Below are positions 53,818 to 64,000 of a stretch of 64,000 bases of DNA, piece by piece (within the stretch, counting starts at the first letter, position 1; the number at the start of each line of letters is the position of its first letter). A model generated the notes under the pieces. The model was not told where the DNA came from. It saw only the letters and a list, made by a program, of their open reading frames with translations, and searched no databases. Both the position numbers and the translations under genes were made by a program. This DNA comes from Kudoa neothunni (Eukaryota > Animalia > Cnidaria): positions 387,970 to 451,969 of the forward strand of contig OZ199839.1 in the NCBI GenBank assembly GCA_964304625.1. The letters run 5' to 3'.

Positions 53818-54269
53818 GAGTTGATGCACGCACGGACATCATCGCATTATCGGCATGGTTTTGTTGAATCTTAAGTGATTATCGACTCCACCTTTTTTAA
53901 ACCTCCTTTAAAAACAAAATGAAATTAACTTGAAAAATTTGTCCTCCAATTATAATCTTATTAATTTTTAACCATATTTAGCACTCAACTCACAATTATT
54001 AGCCTTATAAATATGAAGCCTTGTATTTTTTATTTTAAACTTGTAATAATTTATTAAATAATCGTATGCATAAAATTTTCATAAGTAAACCTTATCGTGT
54101 CTATAACTAGAATATAACTATGATATTAAGATGAGAGTTAAATTTAGGCAGAGGAAATTGACACAGCAAAATTTAATTCTCAATTTAACTGACACAAGCG
54201 CAATGTTAATCGTTAAATTGAGCAACTCTTACTCAAAATCTGTTTAAAGCTTCAATATTTTAGAATCTG

Positions 54270-54380
54270 CAATTTTTAATCATTTCTGTCCTGCTACCTC
54301 ACTCTTAAGAACCAAAAATAATTAAATATAGACAAAACTAATGACATCAGAACATTATTTACATTGAAAATAGCCACTTT
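54270..54380. repeat. AT-rich hairpin repeat, copy 4, with tail
   Basis: TTAATCATTTCTG...CCAAAAATAATTAAATATAGACAAAAC...ATTATTTACA. Confidence 0.6.
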
Positions 54381-55692
54381 CTTCTATAAACTAATAAAAA
54401 CGGTAAATTACAGACTCTGTAACTTCCAAATTAATTCGAGTGGTAAAAATTTGGGACTAAAAATGCACAATGATCTTCAATATCTCGAAGCATATCAATA
54501 GTATGCTATGCAGTTGGGATTCACAGTAAAAATAAAATTAATATTCATTATTTCTTTAATATAATTTAGTTTTTATTCTCTCTTTGTTATTATAAAACAA
54601 ACCTCTTGCTTTAGATTTTGCGCAAGCGCGAACGTAATACACGAATAAAATGATAAAATTACACATTTATTTTTGTTATTTACTGAATCAGCCAATCGCG
54701 TGTATAACACTATATTTTTGAAAATGACTATTTTTATCTTTATAAAACTGTAGGCAAACGATTTTACACATGCACTTAATTGATATCCCATTTTTTGGGA
54801 GTGAAAGAAAAAATTAGCGTCCTTTTGATTTATATAGTACAAATGAATTAAAATTCTATAGAAGATAAAAACCCAATTCTAAAAATAATCGAAAACGATC
54901 TAAACTTGTTTAAACTAGTGAATAAGTTTAATTTCATTTTGGAGAATGTCATTTAGGATTGCTATATTTGATATGTTGAAATGTCTAATATTAGCAATCT
55001 TGGAGTTTTTTAATGGAAAATATTAAAACTATTTTATAATTTATTATTTTTCTTTTTATATTTTTAATTTTTCTCGTGACGATGTTTCTAATTTTTGTTT
55101 GTTGGAATAATGATACATTAATCAATAGATTTTCCCAAAAAATGGTGCAAAAGCGAGAAGTCACTTGATTTTTGTTATATACTTTGCATCATTCACAGTA
55201 AATTACTTAAATTAAAATTACCTTTAAGTTAAGTTGAACGTAATTGCTTGTATAATCACTAAAAATATTTAAAATTTTTATTAAATAACTTTACAAAAAG
55301 TGTGAAAAATCGGTCGCCGACTGTATTCAGATAAGATTATTTTCAACTAAAATTAATTATTTCTAACGCACGACTACACTCCTATGAGGCATGCATAATT
55401 AATGAAAGCATATTCTAAACAATCAACTGTTTCTGTCAATTACAAATATAAGTTATTGATAGCTCAAATTGCGAAGGAAGTTGTCCCCACGGCGAATTTT
55501 CGCCAACAAAAATGCGCACTAAATTTACTTTTAATTTTACAGATAAAATTGTTAACCCAGGATGAGATTAGTTTTATTTGCATTAGGAATGTTTTTTCTA
55601 ACCCTCAGAAAGGTTTGAAGTAAATGGAATATCGTCCATGACTCTAAAATGAGCATTGCAAGATTCAGTTGATTAATTGGTTCCTTCTAGGT

Positions 55693-55855
55693 CAGGGGTG
55701 CGAACTTTGGACTCGGATGATGCGAGATCCGATCAAAATTGAAAGTAATTTTTTGTAAATTTTGAGTCAATTACACTTTATCGTACGTGAGGGGGTGCGA
55801 ATTTCGTTTTGTCATCAAATGTGGGTGCGAGTCCAGTTTTAGCTGAGAAGCGCTG
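55693..55855. mobile_element. hAT (Buster/Charlie-type) MITE, 163 bp
   Basis: Perfect 8-bp TSD TTCTAGGT on both sides; CAG...CTG termini. Confidence 0.85.
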
Positions 55856-55930
55856 TTCTAGGTAGTTCTTTCAAAATATTGAAAAAATGAATATAAATTA
55901 ATGTTCTTGAAGTTGTTTCCTTTCTTTATA

Positions 55931-56507
55931 CAGTCGAACCTCGATTATCCGGAAATCTCGTTATCCGTAAGAAATTTTATTTGAATTTTATTAACATTAC
56001 ATGTTGATAAATGTTTGATTACTCGGAAACCGGAAGAACTATACAATCTAGCATATATACCAATGCAATATTTAAAATAAAAATATTTATAGGTTATCTA
56101 TTAATAAATTGTCTTTTTTAAAAATTAAGTTAAGCATTAAATTCTTATATAAATTTGTACTATATCTGAACACATTCCTGTATGTATATTAAACAAAAAT
56201 TAATTATCAATTATTGAAAAAAGCAGATTACTCCTCTGTAGACATGTAAAAACTGCCATAATTATGTACTGTTTTTCCTTTATAAGTCTCCATATTCTTA
56301 GTTAATAGATACGTCAACATTTTTATTTTAGATAGTAGAAGTTGAAATATTTTACTTAATAAACAGTAAAAAATCCTTTAAGTAGAAATTGAAAAAGCCC
56401 ACACGAGCACAAGACATTGTTTATGTTCGACCAGCGGGAACCTCGCTATCGCTATCCAGAAAGAAAATCGTCGGCCCCAAATTTTCCAGATAATCGAGGT
56501 TTGACTA
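55931..56507. mobile_element. Tc1/mariner (pogo-type) MITE, copy 2
   Basis: TA-CAGTCGAACCTCGATTATCCGGAA...GATAATCGAGGTTTGACTA-TA; colinear with 2572-3201. Confidence 0.85.
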
Positions 56508-56694
56508 TATATTTTTTTAGTCGTCTTCCTTAAACAAATTTAGTTGGTATAGAAGCAAATGCGCTTATTAACAAATATAAAAATTCAGCACAACTTTTAT
56601 ATTGATTATACAATCCAATTTTCTGAAGATTTCCGCAGAATATTTAACCAGAAAATAACATGTAAAATTAAATATTCAATTTTGTTGCTTTCAA

Positions 56695-59530
56695 CCTTCC
56701 GAGCTTCTCCGGTAATAGGGTAGGATGTTGCACCTAAAAAACCCTTCTGCGCATCGTTTTTTCGCCGATTCTTTCACGAATCTTCATAATAAAATAAAAG
56801 AACATCGAGTGGAAATATTCAGCTAATTGTGGTAACATCTAATTTTGGTGCGAAATCCCGAATACAACACCGTCGGCACACGCGAAATCTTCGTTAAGTT
56901 TCCTATAACCAATGAAAACAAACCTTATTGTGCACACATTAACTTCTACATTAATTATACGCCTTAATAAAATTTTTGGAATGGATCTTTCCAAAATTAT
57001 ACGACTCAGACGTTTAATTAAACCTTACACATCTTATTATAAATTATCTGCTCTATCTCATTTTTGGTATACCGATTATGAACCTTTTCAAAGAAAATTA
57101 CAATAAATTGTCACTTTTTGTAGTTTATATATTTTTTTGTTAATTTATGTGAATTATAAAAAAAGTATAAACATTTTATCATAAAATTGTTGTCATTAAA
57201 TTTTTATAGCGACAATGCAATGAATCTTCAATGTTCATTGCATTCGATATGTGTCCTAAAAAATCTTTTAACAATTAATTTTTAAAGAATCATTCTTGAT
57301 GAAAGTTAATTGTACAAAATAAAAGAAGCAACGTAAATAGGAATTTAGTAATATAGTATTAGACATGTATTATATTACATTGTTCACTTCATTTTTTTAA
57401 AACTAACGATTATATTTAAAGCCTTAGATGCTATAATGTACTTAATTTTTAAGGAGCCTTTATAAATAAAGATGTTTTTTTATATTTCTAAGCTGTTTTA
57501 CCATTTTCCCGGTTGGTTTAACATTGTATTATTGTAGCGATATTTTAGTTCTTTTTCTTGTGCGCAAAAAAACCAACGGTTTAAATATTTTTCGACCTCT
57601 ATCGGCAAATGCCGATTGTTAAATATGTAAATAATTTTGTTTACTGATAAATGTTTATTTTAATCGTGACTTGAGTCACGACAATTATATAAAATTTAAC
57701 ATTAATTCTTTAATAAATTCTTTGGTTCGGGCTGTCTTCCGAAAATCTCCCTTTAAATAACGGCCTCGATTATTTTTGCGCTTCCCGCGAAGGAGCGTCT
57801 CATCAATCTCAATAACATACCCTCTGCCATAAGATGGTTTTCATGGGAGAAAATAGTTTTATCCATGCTCCAATAGAAAATAATTTTATATATTTTATTC
57901 ACCGTTATGTTTGGGGAGGGATGAAACATATTCAAATGTGAAAAGAAAGTTCTACATCGAGGAGATACCTTAGTTTTACATCTTCGAATTGCGAGACTGG
58001 TATTTAGGTATAAAATAATTACTTTTTAAAATAATAATCCACATCATTCATTTCATGCGATTTAATTTTAGGTATTGGCCTTTGAACGTTCATATTCCTT
58101 TTGGTGAGGCAAAAACAATTGAATTTGTAACAATTGCTACACCTAAAATGAAGAGGAAGCAGATACTATTTCTCTACAAGTATATTAAACAATTTAATGG
58201 GATTATTAATCAATAAAAAATCGCCCTCATTGATAAAAAACTCAAAGGACTCATTTTCTCTATCGCGCGAGAAATTTGATAAACTACTCGCTTAAATATT
58301 TTATATTCTGTTATTTAAATTAAAGATTTCATCCAAAAAATGTTATTAAGGCGTATAATAAATGTGGAAGTTAATGTGTGCACAATAAGGTGTGTTTTCA
58401 TTGGTTATAGGAAACTTAACGAAGATTTCGCGTGTGTCGACGGTGTTGTATTCCGGATTTTGCACCAAAATTAGATGTTACCACAATTAGCTGAATATTT
58501 CCACTCGATGTTCTTTTATTTTATTATGAAGATTCGTGAAAGAATCGGCGAAAAAACGATGCGCAGAAGGGTTTTTTAGGTGCAACATCCTACCCTATTA
58601 CCGCCTCTCTGGGGTCAATATGACCAGTTATTTTTCTGAAAAAAGCTATTTTCTACATTTCTAAACTATATATTAAATATTTTTAAACAATCCCTTTAAT
58701 TGAAATTGAAATTTTGTTAAATAAACACAGAGAAAAACGAAAAATTAAATGTCCGACAATCGCCGACGAGATGAATATATAACAGTGAGCGATTTTGACC
58801 ACGATTTATTGTCAAATGATGATGTTGAGATCAGTAAAATTTATGACAAAATTCAATAATTTAATTTTACATCTGAATCCTATTTTTATGACGACGAAAT
58901 TGCCGAAAATTGCTAGGTTGATAAAAATGGAGATAAATAGCCGATTGAAAAGCCTAGAATAACGGAAACCAGAAGTTTTCCTCCATTGTAATCAATACAA
59001 GGATTGCATAGACACATCAAGCAGGATTATATCCACAACAAATGCCAAAATATGCACAAATCGATGACCAACAGCTGTTTTCTACAATATGATTGATATT
59101 AGCTTGATTAACCCATTTCACATTTACAAGAATATTTTCTCAGATTAAAATTTTTGACAACAGCCAGCTGATATTCTATTTAAAAATTTATTCACATTAA
59201 CATAAAATTAGTTGAACAAAATGTTGCCACTAGCGAGCCTCGTTCTTGTAGAAAAAGATGCTATCCGTTTGACTATATTCGAGTCAATAAAATAAAAACA
59301 TTCTGTTCCGATGAACAATTATATCGTGAAAATCACTCAAATCTTACCTGCTCAAAATGCTTAAAATAAATCAATTATTAGATTTCAAAAAAATAAATCT
59401 TACTCAAATTTTATCAAATATTTGAAACATCATAAATATTTTATTACACAATAATAGGAAAAAACATATCTGGGGTCATATTGACCAAAAAAATGAGAGT
59501 GTATTGTCGACTTGGGGGGCGCTCGGAAGA
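56695..59530 (+). mobile_element. Internally deleted piggyBac element with a Merlin insertion inside its left terminus
   Basis: T(C/T)AA flanks; TIR CCTTCCGAGC/GCTCGGAAGA; GGGGTCA..TGACC palindromes at 58611 and 59472; remnants of an acidic N-terminus (~58750) and a Cys-rich C-terminus (~59245-59365). Confidence 0.75.
56710..58603 (-). mobile_element. Merlin-like element with ~280-bp TIRs and a decayed transposase
   Basis: The outer ~140 bp of the TIRs are identical (CGGTAATAGGGTAGGATGTTGCACC...). Internal remnant KIYKIIFYWS...FAGSAKIIE resembles Merlin 'GG.G.IVEIDE'. Confidence 0.85.
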
Positions 59531-60047
59531 TTAAAAAAGCAACGGAAGGTGTTATTTTAAAATCGATATGGATATATTTTGTATAAAGATAAACTTTTTA
59601 CAAACTCATTTCATTATTTCTTGAGATTTTCAAAAGTTTATATAATGAGTATTTTGTCGTACAATTATACCCATATCGCGCGCACACGCACCCCTGGCGA
59701 AAATTTGTCACACCAGAGTGTCTAGTGTTCACATCTGCTTTCGGAGTATTTTTTCTGATAAGATTAGTTATACCATGAGATTTACGTTCGAACCCGAACA
59801 AATTTAATCCCAATTACCTGGTTTTAAACATTTTAACGTGTAATTTTTCATTAATTTATTTGTATCCAAAATAAGTTGAGTTGAATTTGAATATGAATAT
59901 TAGATGATAAAGTTAAAACAACAGTTCATAATGCTACTAAATCGAAAGCGCGAAAAACAACAAAAAAGTAATCATTCTAATAATTACACAAAAACTAATT
60001 TAATATATACAATTAAACAATGTTATATATATATATATATATATACA

Positions 60048-61023
60048 TTATGCCCTAGCTTGTGGTATTTTTACTGATTCAAAAGGACATCTGTTTTTCG
60101 AATAATGTTCCCGCAACTAGTAATCAAACGAAAATTGTCAAATTTCAGCTCAAAAGCCAAATAATAAATACATATCTCTTATTCTTGAACACTTTTTCAC
60201 ATAAAAAACACCAAAATTCTATTTAAACCAAACCAAATTACACAACATCCAACGTGAGTTGAGTTACCTTGACCTGTGGCACTGTGAAACTGTAGACGGT
60301 GACTTGAGAGAAGAGAATCTGAAGAACAACTAAAGTCACAATCTCCACATTCTAAATGAGCTACAGATATTATTAGAATTTAACTAATTTTTCCAACTTG
60401 ATGAGTGAGTTTTCAAGTGTTTTTTTAACATACTAGGATAATCAAAACGTTTATGACAACAACTACACCTAGATAAATCAACGCAAAATTTTATCAAATG
60501 TTTATGAATTGAAGAATTACTTGTGAGGTTTCAATTTTTCATGCACTATTGAATGGTGCCTATCAGCAAGCGGCTCCGTTTTAAAGGTTTCGCTACAATT
60601 TTTCTCAGGACACTACGCAAAAAATAACACTGGAGACCATTAGAATCATACTTTGTGTGGTTGTAGGTGATGTTTTAACACATGCCTTCTCATGTATTCT
60701 TCAATTTTGCAAGTGTACTTACAATTTAAATGGGCGCATGACAAACAATTTTCGTGTGATCCACTTTGAAAATTATAGAAAAACAAATAAAACATCAATT
60801 ACCCCGATTTTCGGTTTTCTAACACATCATCGTCATATTCAATGATGTTTTCTGTATGATTTAACAAAATGTGACGTTTCAGATGGCAATTTTTAAAATA
60901 GGCTTTGCTGCATTCTTCATATTTACATTTAAATGGACGATTATTGGTGTGATACAACATGTGTTCATTTAGCTTTGATCGTTTATTGAAAAATCGGCAA
61001 CAAACCTCACATTTATAAATCAT
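60048..61023 (-). CDS. GTF3A: TFIIIA-like multi-C2H2 zinc-finger protein (7 fingers)
   Basis: Fingers 1-2 (YKCEVC..KRSKLNEHMLYHTNNRPFKCKYEECSKAYFKNCHLKRH) match the TFIIIA pattern, and FDYPSMLKKH resembles TFIIIA finger 5. The exons splice to ...CPFESVKIPQARA*. A short upstream exon is possible and orthology is not certain. Confidence 0.6.
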
Positions 61024-61316
61024 GACCAAGTCACTCTTGACCACATAGGGCTAAAATCGAGAACCAAACGAAAACAGACGATTGTGCGATCTCACATTCA
61101 ATCATCTATAAAATTCTAAAAAAAATCTGATTATTCGGGTTATTTAAATTTGATTTAACAAAAAAAGCAATTCACAAGTGTGGGTCAGTGTTTGTTTGTC
61201 AATTTAAGTGAATATCTTCCATTTATTAAGCTGTATTATAATCGGATAATCCTTTATTTAATCATCGGTATAACTCGACTTATTACACCCCCTCCCACAA
61301 CCGGTAGAAATAGACA

Positions 61317-61547
61317 ATGACGATCACCCATGATGAAGTAGAATTGGAGGATTTCGAATACGATCCTGAAACCGAAGCATGGTACTACGATTGTCCTTGT
61401 GGTGATAAATTCATCTTCACCACGGACGATCTTAAAAACAAGGAAATTTACGCCTATTGTCCAAGTTGCTCACTCGTTCTCAAAGTTATCTACTCTGAGG
61501 ACTGCATTGATGATTATCTGAGTGATTTGACCTTAATTACTACCTAA
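61317..61547 (+). CDS. DPH3: Diphthamide biosynthesis protein 3 / KTI11 (CSL zinc finger), intronless
   Basis: MTITHDEVELEDFEYD...YYDCPCGDKF...CPSCSLVLKVIY. Confidence 0.97.
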   Translation: MTITHDEVELEDFEYDPETEAWYYDCPCGDKFIFTTDDLKNKEIYAYCPSCSLVLKVIYSEDCIDDYLSDLTLITT

Positions 61548-62763
61548 AATTAAAATACACTAATTTTTGTTTCTGTGAATTCGTTGTTTTTTTGATTGCG
61601 TGTATTATTGTTGTATTGGAATATAGTTCACTTTTTCCCCAACCAGTTTAAATCTTAATCTTATGAGTTGTAATGATATAATACAGGTTTTTATCTCTGT
61701 TTAATTATCGTGGAGAAACGTGGTGTTGTGATCAATTAATCTCTCTGTAACCAACATGGAAGCTAAAGTCTCTTTATTTTTAAAATTTTCCTTAAGTTGA
61801 TAACTTCTTTAGTTATATTTGATATTATAATAAAATTAAAATAGCGCACCACTGTGATGATTAATAGATTATCCTCAGTGATTTCTGTTAGGTATAATAA
61901 CCTCATTTAATAATCAAGTTTGTTCATTAGTCTCATTACATTATTTAATAAATGTAAAATTATATTAGCTAGCGAACAATGCGCCCAATGAAATAAGATT
62001 TTAAAAATTTACCACGTAACTTTTTAAATTACCGAGGCAAAAATCGGTTGCGATATTTATAGACATTTTACATAGAATGAGTTCAATTCGTAAATTATTA
62101 ATCTCAAAACGACGTTTAACTTTAACCCTTTTTTCAATGTAGTCAACTTTCATTCCGATACCTTATCAAAATTCTGAAAGGGATAGTTGTAAATTCTTTC
62201 GCATATTCATTTTTTTAAAATTTTTATTGGTTTAAATGATGTGTGCTTTGGAACTCTATTATTTTACCAACATGTCAGTTGGTTTACATCTTAATATTAA
62301 TTCGTTTTCTGATAATCCAAAATTTAACAGAGAAACTTGGATTTATATTGAAGCTGAATATCACCATGGTGAATAATATTTAGTTTTGACCATATTTAAT
62401 TATTTATAGTGTACTGCTTCGTTCTTTTGGGCAGAAATATTTTATTAAACAGGTATTAAAAAATTCACTCTTTTTACAGCTTGTGAATAAGAGTTTCTGT
62501 AGTTATAAATTCCTACTGCGCAATCGTACATGCTGTTGGGACAGGGCTTGGGGTTTGTATGGTAACCTTGAGTTCTCGGTGGTTTTTTCATTTTTTTACA
62601 AAATCTTAGGTTTTTATTGAAAACCTGTAAACATTGGATAGTAACATGAAAATGTTGTGCTGCATTAATATTTATATTTTTAATAACGTATCCTATTCAG
62701 ATTATATAATGTAGAGTTTAAACAATTACAATATTGAACGACAGCACATTGAATTGTTTAATG

Positions 62764-63120
62764 CAGGGGTCTCCAAACTTTTTTCGTCAACCCCCTGCGT
62801 AGGTAATTTAGTTAATCATCGATCCTCTCCCAAGATGCTTTTAAAAATATAAATGTATTTTCAGTTTTTTACTGGAACAAATACAAATATTTTCAATATA
62901 TATATATATCAGAAAAATTTTAGATATTTTTAAATTTACAAAGATATTTATAATCTAGTCATACCGCACAAAACAACTATATTAGCAAATTTACTACAAC
63001 AAATATAGTTTTCATCATAGATCATTCTCAATTGGCCTTGTTAGTTGGGTCGCCAGCATAAGATTATAGTTCCATACTTTTGCACAATATAAGTACAACG
63101 GTAGATTTTAAGATTAACTT
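62764..63120 (-). mobile_element. hAT (Buster-like) terminus and C-terminal transposase relic; another hAT-like end at ~63649
   Basis: CAGGGGTCTCCAAACT terminus; minus-strand ...TRPIENDL resembles the hAT dimerisation motif; CTAGAA-CAATGTTTCCCAAC at 63643-63662. Confidence 0.45.
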
Positions 63121-63136
63121 ATATCATATATAGAAA

Positions 63137-63139
<3 letters not shown>

Positions 63140-63168
<29 letters not shown>
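63140..63168. repeat. (AAT)n microsatellite
   Basis: Directly visible tandem AAT run. Confidence 0.9.
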
Positions 63169-64000
63169 TCTTAGTCTTTACCTTAAGATAGTGTTCCGTT
63201 GCTTGAGGTCGCTTTGAGAGTTTTTGAAGTGTTCACAAGTGTTGAATCGAAGAGCGTAGATCATTATAATTATTTTCGTATTTTTTGTAATTTAGACTCA
63301 AATCAATTTTAAAATTAACACTTATTCCTCTTAATCAATTATAGACTATTGTTATTATTTTGTATACTGCTCAATTACAATCAATACCAGTGATCCTTTA
63401 AATTTAAGGAAAATATAACGCTAGTTTTTTATTAGCTGAAAAGTATGTCACCACGTAAATGAAAAATACTTAAATTACATAATTAGGAAAATTGAAGATT
63501 GATTTTAATCCGGAAATAAACAAATGTTAGTGGAATTTTTAATTAATGTTATTAAATAGTGTAGCATGGAGTAGAAAGGTAGGGGGAATTATCTTAAAAG
63601 CCCATAATATTCAGTTAGATCTCTATAACGCATATCGACTCCCTAGAACAATGTTTCCCAACGTAGGGCGTGAAAAAATTTTTGTGGGCATGGAAATTTT
63701 AAACGTTTAATGGAACTTTCTGGTGGGGCGCGGAAAATCCTGAGTATCAGTGTGACACGGATAATGATGAGAATTGGGCTGTATGACGTACTTTGATATC
63801 TCTTATTTTTAAGTGACGACCAACATCACAAAAAATACAAAAAGCAATAGCAAATAATATTAAAGTTAATAATAATATTTAACGTATCCTCCATCCGAAT
63901 AGAATCCGAATGGTTTGAGTCTCAATCTTGGCTCATTAGTATCAAATATCCCCCTTTTTAAATTAAACATGGTACAATATTGATTTATTCTGTATTTATT

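Noticed and set aside
520-59813. Many 60-110-aa ORFs in the track (e.g. 520, 774, 2540, 16216, 17355, 24620, 32468, 54573, 59598) and antisense ORFs over real genes
   Set aside because: They lie in repeats or opposite known exons, often start at TTG/GTG, have AT-driven composition and show no recognisable domain.
1-64000. CRISPR arrays, rRNA genes, functional tRNAs or non-GT-AG introns
   Set aside because: No regularly spaced repeats, no rRNA motifs and no intact cloverleaf were seen. Every intron I traced could be resolved as GT-AG, though EXOC6 and WDR24 were only partly traced.

Overview
AT-rich (roughly 30% GC by eye) eukaryotic genomic DNA, probably from a fast-evolving animal; a myxozoan-like or other reduced parasite is my inference and is not proven. 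Ten compact protein-coding genes, nine of them with many tiny (mostly ~40-60 nt) GT-AG introns, form islands: ASNA1/GET3 (-), EXOC6/Sec15 (+), PDCD10/CCM3 (+, not recognisable from the ORF track until spliced by hand), ETFB (+), ERMP1 (+), IMPDH (-), a divergent alpha-tubulin (-), WDR24 (-), a TFIIIA-like C2H2 protein (-) and intronless DPH3 (+). Between them lies a dense, nested set of DNA transposons: a near-intact piggyBac with TTAA TSDs, piggyBac MITEs, Merlin (IS1595-like) elements with long TIRs, pogo/Tigger remnants and MITEs, hAT MITEs, non-autonomous Helitrons, tRNA-derived SINE-like heads and a small AT-rich hairpin repeat family. The best leads are an unexplained, apparently structured ~450-nt segment head-to-head with PDCD10 (candidate ncRNA), atypical CGGTAAT Merlin termini with a perfectly homogenised outer TIR, Helitrons with two 5' ends that carry a Merlin element, an alpha-tubulin with no acidic tail, and a shared CCGAT(A) motif near start codons. 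Exon boundaries and alignments were made by eye; no database search or computation was run.
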